This document shows, in pieces, positions 18,461 to 28,524 of a stretch of 64,000 nucleotides of DNA; position 1 is the first letter of the stretch; every line of letters begins with the position of its first letter. A program made the translations under genes and the position numbers. This stretch comes from Bdellovibrionota bacterium. GTDB taxonomy: Bacteria > Bdellovibrionota > Bdellovibrionia > Bdellovibrionales > Bdellovibrionaceae. The stretch lies in assembly GCA_052033755.1 (NCBI GenBank), contig JBPOJH010000015.1, positions 10,564-74,563 on the forward strand. Direction: 5' to 3'. Below the pieces are notes generated by a model. That model made no database searches. It had not been told where the DNA came from and was given only the letters and a program-made list of their open reading frames with translations.

Positions 18461-19540
18461 ATGGAATTACAGCAGGCACAGCACAAAATTGAATATCTTA
18501 TTCACAACCTGTTGGTTTTGCATGAATCGCCCGATATTGCTGCCGATTATTTATTAAAACATTATGAAAATGAAACGACGTCTTTCGAAGAGTTAAAAGT
18601 GATTTCACAGTTTTTGTTAAACTGCGGTTTCTATGCGACGCTTGTCAATTTTTTAACTCGGAAGCTGAAGTACGATGAGGTGTTGCCTTGGGGGCATTTC
18701 GCTGAAGCCCTAATCAGGTCCAATATGTCTGTCAGCTTAGAGGTTCGCAAAGCGGTGATCGAAGGTGCCAAGTCACAGAAGGCTTTGGGTGAATTGTCTT
18801 TGTGTCAACAGCTGGATACGGTGGATGAAAAAATCGTCGCAGCCAGGGAATCTAGAAAAAAATCTTTTTTAAAAAAGCAATTAGCCTTGAAAGAAGATTT
18901 ACTAGCTCAATACGAAATGTTTAAATCACAGGGCTTGATACAAGAAGAACATAAATTAATAGATCGCTTCGTTCGTTTATTTCCGCAGGATCCATCCATG
19001 GCTAAGGCTAAAGAGATGCTGCATGAGCGACAGGCGATGGACTTATTATTTAAAAAATCGCAGACCAAAGCCATTTCTAAAAAAAATTATTATTATGAAA
19101 TCTTAGAACCAGAACTAGAGCCCTTATTTGCCAACATTGAAAACTATATGCTGCAAGAGCTTCAGAAGGATGCGACTTTAGGTTTAGATTTTATGGTTTG
19201 CCAGTTGATGTGGGATCGTCCAGATTCGGCGTTAAAAATTGCAGAACACATTTCTGCAGAAACAGATTCAGGTCAATTGATTTTGGATTGGTTGATGGCC
19301 GAATCCTATTTGCGCGCCCGTCGATTTGTTGAACTATTGAATCATATTGCATTTTTAGAAGCTAAGTACGTGCATGATCCTGAAATAACCTTTGCGGCTT
19401 TGTACTTAAGGGCGCAGGCTTTATGGGGGATGGAACAAAAATATTCTGCAATGGAGATGATGGAAAGTCTTTTGGCCGCAAGGCCTAAGTATCGATCGGC
19501 ACATGCATTATTAGACGAATGGAAGGAAAGCTTTTTATGA
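18461..19540 (+). CDS. all-helical (TPR-like) protein without a signal peptide, translationally coupled to tamB
   Basis: 359-aa ORF with an AAGGA RBS. Its stop overlaps the tamB ATG (ATGA at 19537-19540). No recognisable catalytic motif. Confidence 0.6.
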   Translation: MELQQAQHKIEYLIHNLLVLHESPDIAADYLLKHYENETTSFEELKVISQFLLNCGFYATLVNFLTRKLKYDEVLPWGHFAEALIRSNMSVSLEVRKAVIEGAKSQKALGELSLCQQLDTVDEKIVAARESRKKSFLKKQLALKEDLLAQYEMFKSQGLIQEEHKLIDRFVRLFPQDPSMAKAKEMLHERQAMDLLFKKSQTKAISKKNYYYEILEPELEPLFANIENYMLQELQKDATLGLDFMVCQLMWDRPDSALKIAEHISAETDSGQLILDWLMAESYLRARRFVELLNHIAFLEAKYVHDPEITFAALYLRAQALWGMEQKYSAMEMMESLLAARPKYRSAHALLDEWKESFL

Positions 19541-22500
19541 AAAAAAAGGCTTTATGGATCGCGCTTCCTAGTTTGTCGATTTTGGCTTTAGTCGTGGGTA
19601 TGTATTTTTGGATGCGGCCTTATTTACAGGACTTAATCATTAAAGAAGTTAGCGCGCTATCACGTTCCTATTCACCAGTGGAAATCAAGATTTCGGAAGT
19701 GGATTGGTCGTTGCTATCGTTGAAGGTCAGTTTGTCGGAAGTGATGATTACTCCCAAAGAGAAAACAAAAGAGAATTCAATCATAGAAATTCCAGAAGTA
19801 AAAATCAAAAAAGTTTTTTTGTATTTAGATATTTTTTATTTAGCATTGGGAAAAATAAAATTATCATCGGCAATATTGGATGGTTTGACCACCAGTTACG
19901 ACATATCGCCACTATTGAAAGACAATGGTGAAAAAAAACCAATTCCATTGGAAGCGCTATTTAAATATTTACCCAAAATCCCCTTGAACAAAGTCAGCTT
20001 AGAAAATGCGAATATACATTTGTTGTTACCGCAAAATATGGAGTTAAGGTTAGATGGTTTTGATTTAAGCCTACTTCTAAAAAAAGATTATGTAGATATT
20101 CAGTCCACATTAAAAGATGGTTCTTATCTTTGGGGAAAACCAGCCACTAAATCTGATGCTAATAATTTATTTCCTTCAATTCATGAATGGCCTTTGCAAT
20201 GGAAACTGAATTCTAGATTGTATGCGGATAATTTGGATGTTTCTTACTTAGAGTTTAAAACAGCTGGGACTTTTTTAAAAGGCAGCGGAAGCTTTCCGGG
20301 TTTTTCAAAAATTCATATGAATCCTCAGGGGCGACTGCAAGTCAGTTTAAACTCCAAATTAGATGGTTTGAATATCTTATTTCAAAAATTATCTATTCCA
20401 CTTAATTTATCGGGGCAGGTAAAAGTAGAAGGACAATTCAATTTAGATCCAACGAATACAGTGTCTTCCGGATTTGAGTTCCAATCCAAGGCTTTGAAAA
20501 TCAATCAATACATAGTGGGAGACTTACAATTTAATGGTAAGTCTGAAAAAAATGAATTGCAGATTCCAAGTTTGAACATAACGAATGACGCTGGTTTGAT
20601 CGATCTAAAAACTCTTATCTTGAAGTGGAATTTAAAACCTTTGCAATTATCATTAGAGTCAAAAGTCAAAGCTGATTACTTGGACTTGAATCGCTTATTA
20701 ATTTTATTAAATATTGGTGATCTACCATTAGAGTTATTTTTAAAGGGAGATTTAGCCTGTGGTGGTCCTTTGTATCCCGATCTGCAATTCAAATGTGGTG
20801 GCAAGATTCATGGGGACAGTTTAGAGATCAGAAAGGGTCCATTAGTTAAGGACACCATCGTTCGCTTAGACGAGATGGGTGCTACAGGGGATTTTACGGT
20901 CACCTCGAAAAACATCTCTTACAATGCAGATGTTCAAGTGAAGGATGATCAAGGACGCAGTGAGGGTGTTATTTCATTTGCGGAAGGTTTTAAGGTCAGT
21001 TTTTTTACACCCCGGTTTCAATTTAAGAACTTACGTTATTTGGTAGGTTTAAAGCTTGAAGGCGAAGCGCACCTAGAAGGGAATACACAAGGGGATTCGC
21101 ATGCTGCGACCTTGGATATGAATATCAATGGCAAGGATTTATTTTTAAGTCAATTTTATTTAGGACAAGCGCAGACAAGTCTTAATTACAAAAAAGGTCT
21201 TTTAACTTTTAAAAATATAATTGGAAAAATTGGTGGCAGTGAATATAAGGCGAATGTAGAAGTCGATGCAGTTCAGTCCCTGATTCAGGTAGATGGCGGA
21301 GCAGAAAAAGCTGACGTCAAAGAAATCATGACTGCATTTCAACGTTTGGTGCAATTACCGATTGAATTAACTGGCATTGCAAATGTGAAAGTGAAGGGTG
21401 GCGGACCATTTGAGCTGAATCAGTTAAGTTATCAGTTAGAGGCCGAGGTTTTTAAAAGTACCATTGCCAACGAAAGCTTTGAAAAAATTGAAGCTAAATT
21501 AGTTTCACAAAATGGTGAAGTTAAAATTGAAAAAGCTTTATTAAAAAAACAAAAATCTGAAATTCGTGCGTTTGGAGTGGGACATCCCAATGGGGATATT
21601 GACCTCACTGTTCAGGGTAAGGACTTGTTACTAGAAGAATCCGAAAACATAGCTAGACTTGGAGCTTTTATTCAGGGGCGATTAGATGCCACATTAAAAC
21701 TTCAAGGATATGTATTGGCTCCAGATAGTAAGTTGGATTTGGTGATCAAGCAGTTAAGTATCGAGGATCAAGAATTTCCTGGTTCCGAATTTAACTTTGT
21801 ATTGGGACGAAAACAAATTTCAGGTAAGGCGAACTTAGTGGGAGGACATTTACTGGCTGAATTGATTTGGCCACTTGCCGAAGACAGTCCTTTTTACTTA
21901 AAAGCTAAAGCGAATAATTGGAATTATACAACGTTATTCACACTTGTTGGCGGTGGTAGTATTTTATCCGATTATACAGCGGGGTTATCAGGAGATATCG
22001 AGTTGTCCAGTGTTAAGGGTGGTTTTGCCAACAGTACGGGAAGTGGAAAAATTACGTCCTTGTTTTTAAAGCGCGGTAACTTATCGCTATATAATCAAGG
22101 ACCAATGGAGTTAACCGCAAAAAGTGGAATGTTTAGTTTACAGAATTTCCGTCTAATTGGAGAACAAAGTTATTTAGAACTTAAAGGATCGCAATTTTCG
22201 ACTCAGGATTTAAAATTAAAAATCGCGGGTCAGACAAATTTGCGTTTATTACAAATTTTTGTTCCCTTTTTAGAAGAACTATCTGGAGCTTCGCAATTGT
22301 CAGTGCAGTTTTCTGGAAGTCTATTTAAGCCAGAAATTTTAGGAACTACTAATATTCAAAATGGATATGTAAAAATGAAGGGGTTTCCTCATCCCTTTGA
22401 AAAAATCGAAGGCGAGGCGCAGTTTTCGCAGCACAAAATTAATATCGATTTTTTTAGGGGCTTAATCGCTGGCGGTAAGTTTCAAGGTGATGGGTATGTG

Positions 22501-23547
22501 CAAATAGAGGGAGTCAGAAATATTCCTACTTTTATTCGAGCTCGATTAGAGGACGTGCATTTTAATGTTCCTGATAAAATAAAAACGAATGGCAGTGCGG
22601 ATATTATTTTTTCTGGTAACTGGTTTCCATTTATATTGTCTGGGACGTACGAAATCACATCGGGATTGATGGAAAAAGAATTTACGGAATCAGAATCTGC
22701 TAAATCATTAAAACAAAGTTCGTATTTGCCGAAAGTGATTTTGCAAAGTGCGTTTGAACCGGTGTTACTGGATTTAAATGCAGTTTTTCCCAAAGGATTT
22801 ATCATGAAGAACTCTTTGGTGAATGGGGAATTGACTGGAGCCTTGCAAATCAAGGGACCGCCGACATCTCCAGCATTGATTGGCGAAGTTAAAATCGTTA
22901 AAGCATCACAAATTATATTTAAAGACAAAGCGTTCGAAACCCTAAATGGTTTGGTGCAATTTAAAGATACCGGAGATCTATTTCCGGAATTATTTATCTC
23001 TGCTCGGTCTAGGGTGACTGAGTATGACGTGAATTTATTAGTGCAGGGAAATGCAAAAAATCCAGTGATTCGTGTCAGTAGTGTGCCGCCGTTATCGGAA
23101 CAAGACATTATTAGTTTGTTGGCGTTAGGGATCACTTCGCAAAAATTAGAAAAGAAAGTAGAGTCCAGACAGTCCGAAAATTCGACGTCCTATGAAATCG
23201 GTACAGCGATCATTGCCAACAATCCATTAACTAAAAACTTGCAGCAGACTTTAGGAGTGAACTTGCAGTTTTCCTCACAGTATGATGACACCAAAAACAT
23301 CGCTGTTCAAAAAGTGACGTTGAGTCGAAATTTAACACCCAAGTTAGCAGCTCAGGCCAGTCGATTAAAAGGGGAACAGAATTCGACGGAAGTAAAATTA
23401 AATTATCAATTGAATACGAATTTATCTGTGGTTGGATCTTGGGAAAACCGCGAAATTTCAGAACAAACTTCTAGCATTAATCAAGGTACGAAGCCTTCCA
23501 ATTCCATATTAGGAATCGATTTAGAGTTCAAAAGGGAGTTCAAGTGA
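19537..23547 (+). CDS. tamB: translocation and assembly module protein TamB (AsmA-like/DUF490)
   Basis: About 1336 aa with a single N-terminal anchor (MKKKALWIALPSLSILALVVGMYFW). The body is long and beta-rich and repetitive, and the C-terminal region is DUF490-like. It sits immediately upstream of an Omp85 gene. Confidence 0.75.
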   Translation: MKKKALWIALPSLSILALVVGMYFWMRPYLQDLIIKEVSALSRSYSPVEIKISEVDWSLLSLKVSLSEVMITPKEKTKENSIIEIPEVKIKKVFLYLDIFYLALGKIKLSSAILDGLTTSYDISPLLKDNGEKKPIPLEALFKYLPKIPLNKVSLENANIHLLLPQNMELRLDGFDLSLLLKKDYVDIQSTLKDGSYLWGKPATKSDANNLFPSIHEWPLQWKLNSRLYADNLDVSYLEFKTAGTFLKGSGSFPGFSKIHMNPQGRLQVSLNSKLDGLNILFQKLSIPLNLSGQVKVEGQFNLDPTNTVSSGFEFQSKALKINQYIVGDLQFNGKSEKNELQIPSLNITNDAGLIDLKTLILKWNLKPLQLSLESKVKADYLDLNRLLILLNIGDLPLELFLKGDLACGGPLYPDLQFKCGGKIHGDSLEIRKGPLVKDTIVRLDEMGATGDFTVTSKNISYNADVQVKDDQGRSEGVISFAEGFKVSFFTPRFQFKNLRYLVGLKLEGEAHLEGNTQGDSHAATLDMNINGKDLFLSQFYLGQAQTSLNYKKGLLTFKNIIGKIGGSEYKANVEVDAVQSLIQVDGGAEKADVKEIMTAFQRLVQLPIELTGIANVKVKGGGPFELNQLSYQLEAEVFKSTIANESFEKIEAKLVSQNGEVKIEKALLKKQKSEIRAFGVGHPNGDIDLTVQGKDLLLEESENIARLGAFIQGRLDATLKLQGYVLAPDSKLDLVIKQLSIEDQEFPGSEFNFVLGRKQISGKANLVGGHLLAELIWPLAEDSPFYLKAKANNWNYTTLFTLVGGGSILSDYTAGLSGDIELSSVKGGFANSTGSGKITSLFLKRGNLSLYNQGPMELTAKSGMFSLQNFRLIGEQSYLELKGSQFSTQDLKLKIAGQTNLRLLQIFVPFLEELSGASQLSVQFSGSLFKPEILGTTNIQNGYVKMKGFPHPFEKIEGEAQFSQHKINIDFFRGLIAGGKFQGDGYVQIEGVRNIPTFIRARLEDVHFNVPDKIKTNGSADIIFSGNWFPFILSGTYEITSGLMEKEFTESESAKSLKQSSYLPKVILQSAFEPVLLDLNAVFPKGFIMKNSLVNGELTGALQIKGPPTSPALIGEVKIVKASQIIFKDKAFETLNGLVQFKDTGDLFPELFISARSRVTEYDVNLLVQGNAKNPVIRVSSVPPLSEQDIISLLALGITSQKLEKKVESRQSENSTSYEIGTAIIANNPLTKNLQQTLGVNLQFSSQYDDTKNIAVQKVTLSRNLTPKLAAQASRLKGEQNSTEVKLNYQLNTNLSVVGSWENREISEQTSSINQGTKPSNSILGIDLEFKREFK

Positions 23548-26351
23548 TCAAGTATTTTTTACGAACTCAATTATTTTTGAATGTCTTTATGGTGCTATTG
23601 TTCATGACTTTTAGCACGGTCGATGCATTTGCCAAAGTCAAAGTAAATCTTAAAGAGGTGCCCACAGCCTTGCAAAAGGATCTGAAAACGAAGTTTTTAT
23701 CTGCTGAGGAAGTGGATGAGGCTGTTTTAGATGAAGTGATCAACTACGTCATCATCGAACAAAACTACGATTATGCTGAATGGGTTTGGGAAAATTCTAA
23801 TTTAAAGTTGAATTTAATTAAGGCGAAAAAAATTCATCAAATTAATTTTACTGGTAACAATAGCTTATCAGAGTCAGAATTAAAAACCGAACTAGGAGTG
23901 GTTGAAAAATCGAATTTTCATCAAGACCCATTGATTATCGGAGCGGATCGAATTCGTTCGTTGTATAAAGAAAAAGGGTTTCCTAATACCATAGTTGAAT
24001 TAAGTTTTATACCAATTGGAGTTTCTGAAATAGATATTCAAGTCAAAATTAATGAAGGCCCACAAACAAGAGTGAGGTCGATCGAATTCGTCACTGATAA
24101 TGCGGTTTTAAAATCAAAATTAAATAAAATTGCTAAGAAAAAAATGGGTGAAGTATTTACGGATTTATTGGTATCCGAACTAAGCACAGACACTCGAAAA
24201 ACGTTAAGTGCAAATCAGTTTTACCGCACCAGTATTGGCTCACCTAAATTGAATTTAAGTTCGGATGAGTCGGCAGTGGATTTAGTTTTTACGATAGACA
24301 ATGCCGATCAATTTGAAATGAGTTTTGAGGGGATCAGTTTTTTAAATCAATCACAGGCCTCAGAAATACTGGATTTAGATAATTTTTACTCTTCTAATCC
24401 TAATATTGGAACGGAATTAGCTCAGCGCTTGAAAAATCATTATATGTCCTTGGGATATGCACGAGCCGATATTTCAGCTGATGAAACGCCTCTTAAAACA
24501 AACTACAAAAAGAAAATCGTGTTGCAGGTCTCGGAAGGACCCAGAGTAAAAATTAAGAATATTGAAATTCATGGTCGGTTTAACGAAAATCTAGATTATT
24601 ATATTCAGTTTTTAAAAGAGCACACTTCGCCGATGATCGAAAAAGGATACTATGTCAGGGCTGACTTAGATGTTGGACTTAAGAATTTAATTATAGATCG
24701 GCAAAATCAAGGGTACTTACAGTCTAAATTATTACCGACTAGAACAATTTATAGTCAGACCAAAGATGAAATCACAGTGATCGTGAATATTGATGAAGGA
24801 CCATTAACGATTTTAGAAAAAGTGATTTTTGAAGGAAATATTTCTTTTCCGGAAGAGGCCTTACTAAAAGTTGTGGATTTAAAAAACGATGAGCCTTTGC
24901 GATTGAATAAATTAGAAGAATCCTTGGCTAAGATTCGTGACTTTTATAAAAGTCAGGGATTTTTAGAAATGAATATCGAAAACGAAAAACGGGATCTTGT
25001 GACTTATTACCAGGATTTCACAAGGGCTCATGTCAAATATAAATTATCAGAAGGCGCAAAGGTTATCGTTGGTAGCGTGGTGATCGAGGGAAATTCGATC
25101 ACGAAGGATTATGTCATTTCGAAAGAGTTAGATTTCAAGACTGGTGATGTGTTGACGCCTCAAAACATCGAAGAAACAATCAGTCGTTTGCAGCGATTAG
25201 GACATTTTTCATCGATCGATATTCGTACATTAGAAGAACGAACGATGATCAGTCGACGAACGGTGATCATTCGCGTACAGGATCGTGATCCAGGATTATT
25301 TAATTTTGGTTTTGGTGTGAACAATGAACGAGAGCTAACATTGCGCGGTTATACGGGAATTGCGTATCGTAATATTTATGGAACAGGTCGTGGGGTCTCG
25401 TTACGTTTTGAAGGTAATTACAATGTGGCGGATGTTAAATATTTAGAACGCAAGGTGACGGTGGGGTATTTGGAGCCATACTTATTAGATACGCGAACTC
25501 GTGGTCGTGTTAGTTATACCTTGTCAGATAGTGTGAGTGATTTTAGTAGTCGTAAAGCGAATCAAATCAGTCAAAGTACATTTTCTTTAGAGCAAGATAT
25601 CACCTCGCATGTGTTAGTGACGTATGATGTACTTAGCTTGGCTGCGGTTCGTACGAAGTTTATTGATACGGATGTCACGACTAGCGAGTTAAATATTGGT
25701 TCAACAGGACCTACCTTGGATATTGATTTTCGCGATCATCCTTTTAATCCGACCAAAGGAACATTTACAAGATGGAATGTCGAGTACGGCTCACCGGATT
25801 TGGGAAGCACGCGCACGATCGAGTATTTACGATCGATTTTTAGTCTCACGCATTACAAGTCAGTTTATAAACCGGGATGGGTAATTGCTAATTCCATGCG
25901 ATTTGGATTCTTGCGAAATTTAAGTACATTGGATGATGGTGGAGTTCCATATGATAAAAAGGGATTAATTCTGGGTGGGCAATCGACGATTCGCGGATTT
26001 CAGCCAGGGGAAAGTTTTCCGAATGCCAATGATTTTAAAGAGATTGTCGCTAATAATTTAATCGTCAATGACGAATATAAATTAACGACGGAAGCTCAGA
26101 TGGCCTTAATCAAATCAGAAATTCGTTTTCCAGTGAAGGGGAATATCGGCGGTGCCGTATTTTATGATGGTGGTGCGGTTTGGGTGAAGGGTGTGGATTT
26201 TAAGGATCCTTATCGAGATACCGTAGGCGTAGCCTTTCGTTATGCAACGCCAGTAGGTGCCGTCAGTTTGGAATGGGGTTGGAAGTTAGATCGCAAGGAA
26301 GAGCGACATGAAAACCAACTACCATTCCATTTCAGTATCGGGACATTTTAG
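23544..26351 (+). CDS. bamA: Omp85-family outer membrane protein assembly factor BamA (long, multi-POTRA)
   Basis: The GTG start overlaps the tamB stop (GTGA), with an AGGGAG RBS and a signal peptide. Repeated POTRA-like units are present (I..I.F.GN....). The C-terminal beta-barrel ends in an aromatic residue (...FHFSIGTF). Confidence 0.85.
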   Translation: MIKYFLRTQLFLNVFMVLLFMTFSTVDAFAKVKVNLKEVPTALQKDLKTKFLSAEEVDEAVLDEVINYVIIEQNYDYAEWVWENSNLKLNLIKAKKIHQINFTGNNSLSESELKTELGVVEKSNFHQDPLIIGADRIRSLYKEKGFPNTIVELSFIPIGVSEIDIQVKINEGPQTRVRSIEFVTDNAVLKSKLNKIAKKKMGEVFTDLLVSELSTDTRKTLSANQFYRTSIGSPKLNLSSDESAVDLVFTIDNADQFEMSFEGISFLNQSQASEILDLDNFYSSNPNIGTELAQRLKNHYMSLGYARADISADETPLKTNYKKKIVLQVSEGPRVKIKNIEIHGRFNENLDYYIQFLKEHTSPMIEKGYYVRADLDVGLKNLIIDRQNQGYLQSKLLPTRTIYSQTKDEITVIVNIDEGPLTILEKVIFEGNISFPEEALLKVVDLKNDEPLRLNKLEESLAKIRDFYKSQGFLEMNIENEKRDLVTYYQDFTRAHVKYKLSEGAKVIVGSVVIEGNSITKDYVISKELDFKTGDVLTPQNIEETISRLQRLGHFSSIDIRTLEERTMISRRTVIIRVQDRDPGLFNFGFGVNNERELTLRGYTGIAYRNIYGTGRGVSLRFEGNYNVADVKYLERKVTVGYLEPYLLDTRTRGRVSYTLSDSVSDFSSRKANQISQSTFSLEQDITSHVLVTYDVLSLAAVRTKFIDTDVTTSELNIGSTGPTLDIDFRDHPFNPTKGTFTRWNVEYGSPDLGSTRTIEYLRSIFSLTHYKSVYKPGWVIANSMRFGFLRNLSTLDDGGVPYDKKGLILGGQSTIRGFQPGESFPNANDFKEIVANNLIVNDEYKLTTEAQMALIKSEIRFPVKGNIGGAVFYDGGAVWVKGVDFKDPYRDTVGVAFRYATPVGAVSLEWGWKLDRKEERHENQLPFHFSIGTF

Positions 26352-26361
26352 ACGAATGACT

Positions 26362-26448
26362 AAAACACCCCCCTCTTTGGGACTTCAGAAACACAAAAGA
26401 CCCCCCTGTTTAGGGGTGGCAAAGCCCTAAACACCCCCCTTTTTAGGG
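26362..26448. repeat. three 33-bp-phased copies of a C-run/hairpin motif
   Basis: AAAACACCCCCCTCTTTGGG (26362), AAAAGACCCCCCTGTTTAGGGG (26395) and TAAACACCCCCCTTTTTAGGG (26428). The CCCCT..AGGG(G) halves can pair. Confidence 0.7.
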
Positions 26449-26487
26449 TTGATAGCTTGAAAAAAAAGTAGTAAACTGAAATTATAT

Positions 26488-27846
26488 ATGGAAAGACTAG
26501 CTTTAGAGGATTTAAAAAAATGGTTAACAGCTAATGACAGAAAACCTTTAGTTCTAAGAGGAGCTAGGCAGGTTGGTAAGTCGACCTTGGTGCGTTTATT
26601 TTGTGAAAAAGCTAAGTTGAAATTAATGGTTCTTAATTTTGAAAAAAATAAACTGAATCATATTGAAGAACCTCAATTCAAAATACAAAGTTTGATAGAT
26701 GAGATTGAGTTATTACTGGGAACAGGAATTACTAAAGATACATTGTTGTTTTTAGATGAAATTCAAGAGCAACCTCAAATGATCAAGCTCTTAAGATATT
26801 TTTATGAAGAAAGACCTGACATACCTGTCATTGCAGCAGGATCTTTGTTGGAGTTAGTTCTAAAAAAAAATGCTATCAGCTTTCCAGTGGGTAGAGTGCA
26901 TTTTTATTATTTAGGACCTATGACTTTTTTTGAATTCTTAATAGCCAATGGCGAGACCATCTTGGTCGAGCAATTAGGAAGAAAGAAAATTTCAGAAACT
27001 GCATTTCAAATGGCAAAAAGTTATTTTAAGAAATATTTGTATATTGGTGGTATGCCAAAAGCTGTACAAACATTTGTGAATACAAAATCGATGCTTGAAG
27101 TTCGTGAAGTGCAAAATCAAATCATACAAACCTATATTTCCGACTTTCCAAAATACAATAAGCATATCGACGTTGATAGAATCGAAAAAATCTTTTTACA
27201 ATCCGCTTTAACGATTGGAAAAAAAGTTGTGTATCAAGCCTTGGATCGGGATTCAAATTCGAAATCGATTAGAAAAATTGTAGAAATATTGATAGATGCA
27301 AGGATCTTGTTGCCGTGCTATCATAGCAATGGGAATAATCCTTTAAAGGCAGAAATTGACTACACAGTTTATAAAAATTATTTCATGGATATTGGACTTG
27401 TTAATTGTATGCATGGGATTAGTTTTACAACTATAGAAGCTGAAGTGGCGAGCTCCTTTACGACAAAGGGAGCGATAGCTAAGCAGTTTGTGGCGCAGCA
27501 TTTATCTATGGGTTGGAATGGGCCCACAGTTCCATCTGAGTTGTTTTACTGGTTAAAAGACAAGGACATAAAAAAATCAGAAATTGATTTTATCGTGCAG
27601 ACTGCTGACGGCGATATTTTGCCAATCGAAGTTAAATCTGAAACTGGGGGAAGTTTAAAATCTCTTTTTTATTTTTGTTTTGAAAAGAACATTAGCCAAG
27701 CATTGAAATTAAGTTTGAGTCCATTAGAGGTCTCTAAAATTCAGCACAAAATTGGTGAAAAAAAAGTAGTGGTACAACTAAAAAACATTCCCATTTTTTG
27801 TGTCGAGCAGTTGACTAAAAATAATTTTCAAAGTTTTAAGGATTAG
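26488..27846 (+). CDS. AAA+ ATPase (AAA_14/DUF4143-type) with a C-terminal PD-(D/E)xK-like module
   Basis: Walker A LRGARQVGKST and Walker B LLFLDEIQ. The C-terminal SEIDFIVQTADGDILPIEVKSE fits an E-x-D...E-x-K nuclease-fold motif. Composition is AT-rich. Confidence 0.75.
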   Translation: MERLALEDLKKWLTANDRKPLVLRGARQVGKSTLVRLFCEKAKLKLMVLNFEKNKLNHIEEPQFKIQSLIDEIELLLGTGITKDTLLFLDEIQEQPQMIKLLRYFYEERPDIPVIAAGSLLELVLKKNAISFPVGRVHFYYLGPMTFFEFLIANGETILVEQLGRKKISETAFQMAKSYFKKYLYIGGMPKAVQTFVNTKSMLEVREVQNQIIQTYISDFPKYNKHIDVDRIEKIFLQSALTIGKKVVYQALDRDSNSKSIRKIVEILIDARILLPCYHSNGNNPLKAEIDYTVYKNYFMDIGLVNCMHGISFTTIEAEVASSFTTKGAIAKQFVAQHLSMGWNGPTVPSELFYWLKDKDIKKSEIDFIVQTADGDILPIEVKSETGGSLKSLFYFCFEKNISQALKLSLSPLEVSKIQHKIGEKKVVVQLKNIPIFCVEQLTKNNFQSFKD

Positions 27847-27879
27847 CGTTGCACCGACTTGTGCCACTGACTATATCGG

Positions 27880-28233
27880 CTACTCAATACTAATAACAAC
27901 TCCGTTATCAAATAAAATTCCAGATAAAATTTCTCCGATTTTGGCGTTGCAAACATCTTCCTTATGTAGACCAACCTCGATACCGTCTGTGAATAGGCGA
28001 CCATCGTCAACTGGGCAAAGTGGGTTAGGAATAATATTCGAGGTAGCTGCTGATACAAAGGCACGGCAGCCATTGGAATTGATTTCAATTTTTTCAACGT
28101 ATCCATTAGATAGCTGCGCTTCTCCAATATTAGCACAAGGCGGGAAGGCCTTCGCAGAGATATTTAAAGCGCTAACGATAATCGCGAACAAGGCAACGGA
28201 AAAATTTCTTTTTGCTGAGGTCATAGTTTTCAT
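27880..28233 (-). CDS. small secreted cysteine-containing protein
   Basis: ATG at 28233 lies behind a TAAGGAGT RBS. 117 aa with a signal peptide (FSVALFAIIVSALNISAKA) and 5 Cys. The longer 225-aa ORF in the track has no RBS and an implausible N-terminus. Confidence 0.6.
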   Translation of the reverse strand: MKTMTSAKRNFSVALFAIIVSALNISAKAFPPCANIGEAQLSNGYVEKIEINSNGCRAFVSAATSNIIPNPLCPVDDGRLFTDGIEVGLHKEDVCNAKIGEILSGILFDNGVVISIE

Positions 28234-28524
28234 GGAATACTCCTTAATAAATTGGAATGAGCTATACCAGAAAAATGAACTTTGTTTATCATAATTCTGT
28301 TTTAAGAATGTCATGATTGTGTTCGGATTAAAATAAGGGTTATTCTGCGGTTTTTTGGAATATATTTCCGGTAAAAAGTTCACAATTTTTTTGTCACATG
28401 GGGTTGAAGGACAAGTAGCAGGATCGTGATTATTCTTTGATCGGCAGTTGTTTTTTTTGTGATTAATAATTAGTAAATGCATACATACTATTGACGACGG
28501 TATTGAAATACTTAAACTCATATC

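Noticed and set aside
22482-23135. 217-aa ORF on the minus strand inside tamB.
   Set aside because: It lies entirely antisense to a well-supported 1336-aa gene and has no RBS or motif, so it is a typical shadow ORF. The same reasoning applies to 19704-19931 and 25696-25884.
26362-26448. Possible mini-CRISPR array: a regularly spaced 33-bp period with a conserved ~21-nt part and a variable ~12-nt part.
   Set aside because: There are only three units, and the variable parts are far too short for spacers. The units are imperfect and no cas genes are present in the window. It is treated as a hairpin or iteron repeat instead.
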